Shown: piece after piece, positions 63,758-64,000 of the stretch
Numbering within the stretch: position 1 is the stretch's first letter
Layout: every line of letters starts with the position of its first letter
Assembly (NCBI GenBank): GCA_964016885.1
Contig: OZ024753.1
Span: 1,860,001 to 1,924,000, forward strand
Reading direction: 5' to 3'
Source of the DNA: Eledone cirrhosa
Taxonomy: Eukaryota
Length of the DNA stretch: 64,000 bases
Program-made: the position numbers and the translations under genes
Notes under the pieces: model-generated
What the model was told of the DNA's origin: nothing
The model's database searches: none
Seen by the model: the letters and a program-made list of their open reading frames with translations, nothing else

Positions 63758-63836
63758 CTCCTATCCGTATTACTACGCAGTGGAATGAGGGCATTTTTGG
63801 CATCTGGATCTTTGCTGCTTTTGTTAAAGGATAATT
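63758..63836 (-). CDS. Candidate upstream exon (LSFNKSSKDPDAKNALIPLRSNTDR-R), possibly N-terminal Kv-beta
   Basis: cccttccag acceptor, strong AG|gtgagg donor, phase-2 end compatible with the NLGKSG exon, non-repetitive sequence; no homology support. Confidence 0.3.
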
Positions 63837-64000
63837 CTGGAAGGGATCTCGTTCAATGTGTCAAAGTTTGAGGAGATTCTATGTGAAATGGAGGTGATTT
63901 TTAACTGAGGATGCCGAACTGGAAAACAGTCATTCAAGTTGATGATCCAATGACTGTCGATTCTCTACGTTATAGCAGAAAAAAAGGGCTAAATTAATAT

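Overview
AT-rich, microsatellite-dense eukaryotic genomic DNA. The repeat content (RTE LINE with (GAT)n tails, tRNA-derived SINEs, TTAA MITEs) looks like a coleoid cephalopod such as Octopus; this is inferred, not proven. The backbone is a minus-strand, intron-rich gene for a voltage-gated K+ channel beta subunit (Kv-beta/KCNAB/Hyperkinetic, aldo-keto reductase fold). Nine small exons between 37276 and 666 splice in frame into ~197 aa of the conserved core; the 3' exons lie beyond position 1 and the N-terminal exon(s) are uncertain. Almost all long ORFs in the ORF track are artefacts of simple or tandem repeats. The most notable signals: (i) two frame-preserving candidate cassette exons in the PME|EIVRA intron; (ii) several Penelope-type hammerhead ribozyme motifs, including an inverted pair with intact cores; (iii) a ~90-bp-arm foldback with a tRNA-like cloverleaf at its apex; (iv) a near-identical inverted RTE pair enclosing a 342-nt, frame-symmetric block of six exons (circRNA/ADAR candidate); (v) a bipartite RTE derivative whose 5' end forms a G.U-closed structure with partial HDV-ribozyme features. 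All structures were read by eye; none has been computed or tested.
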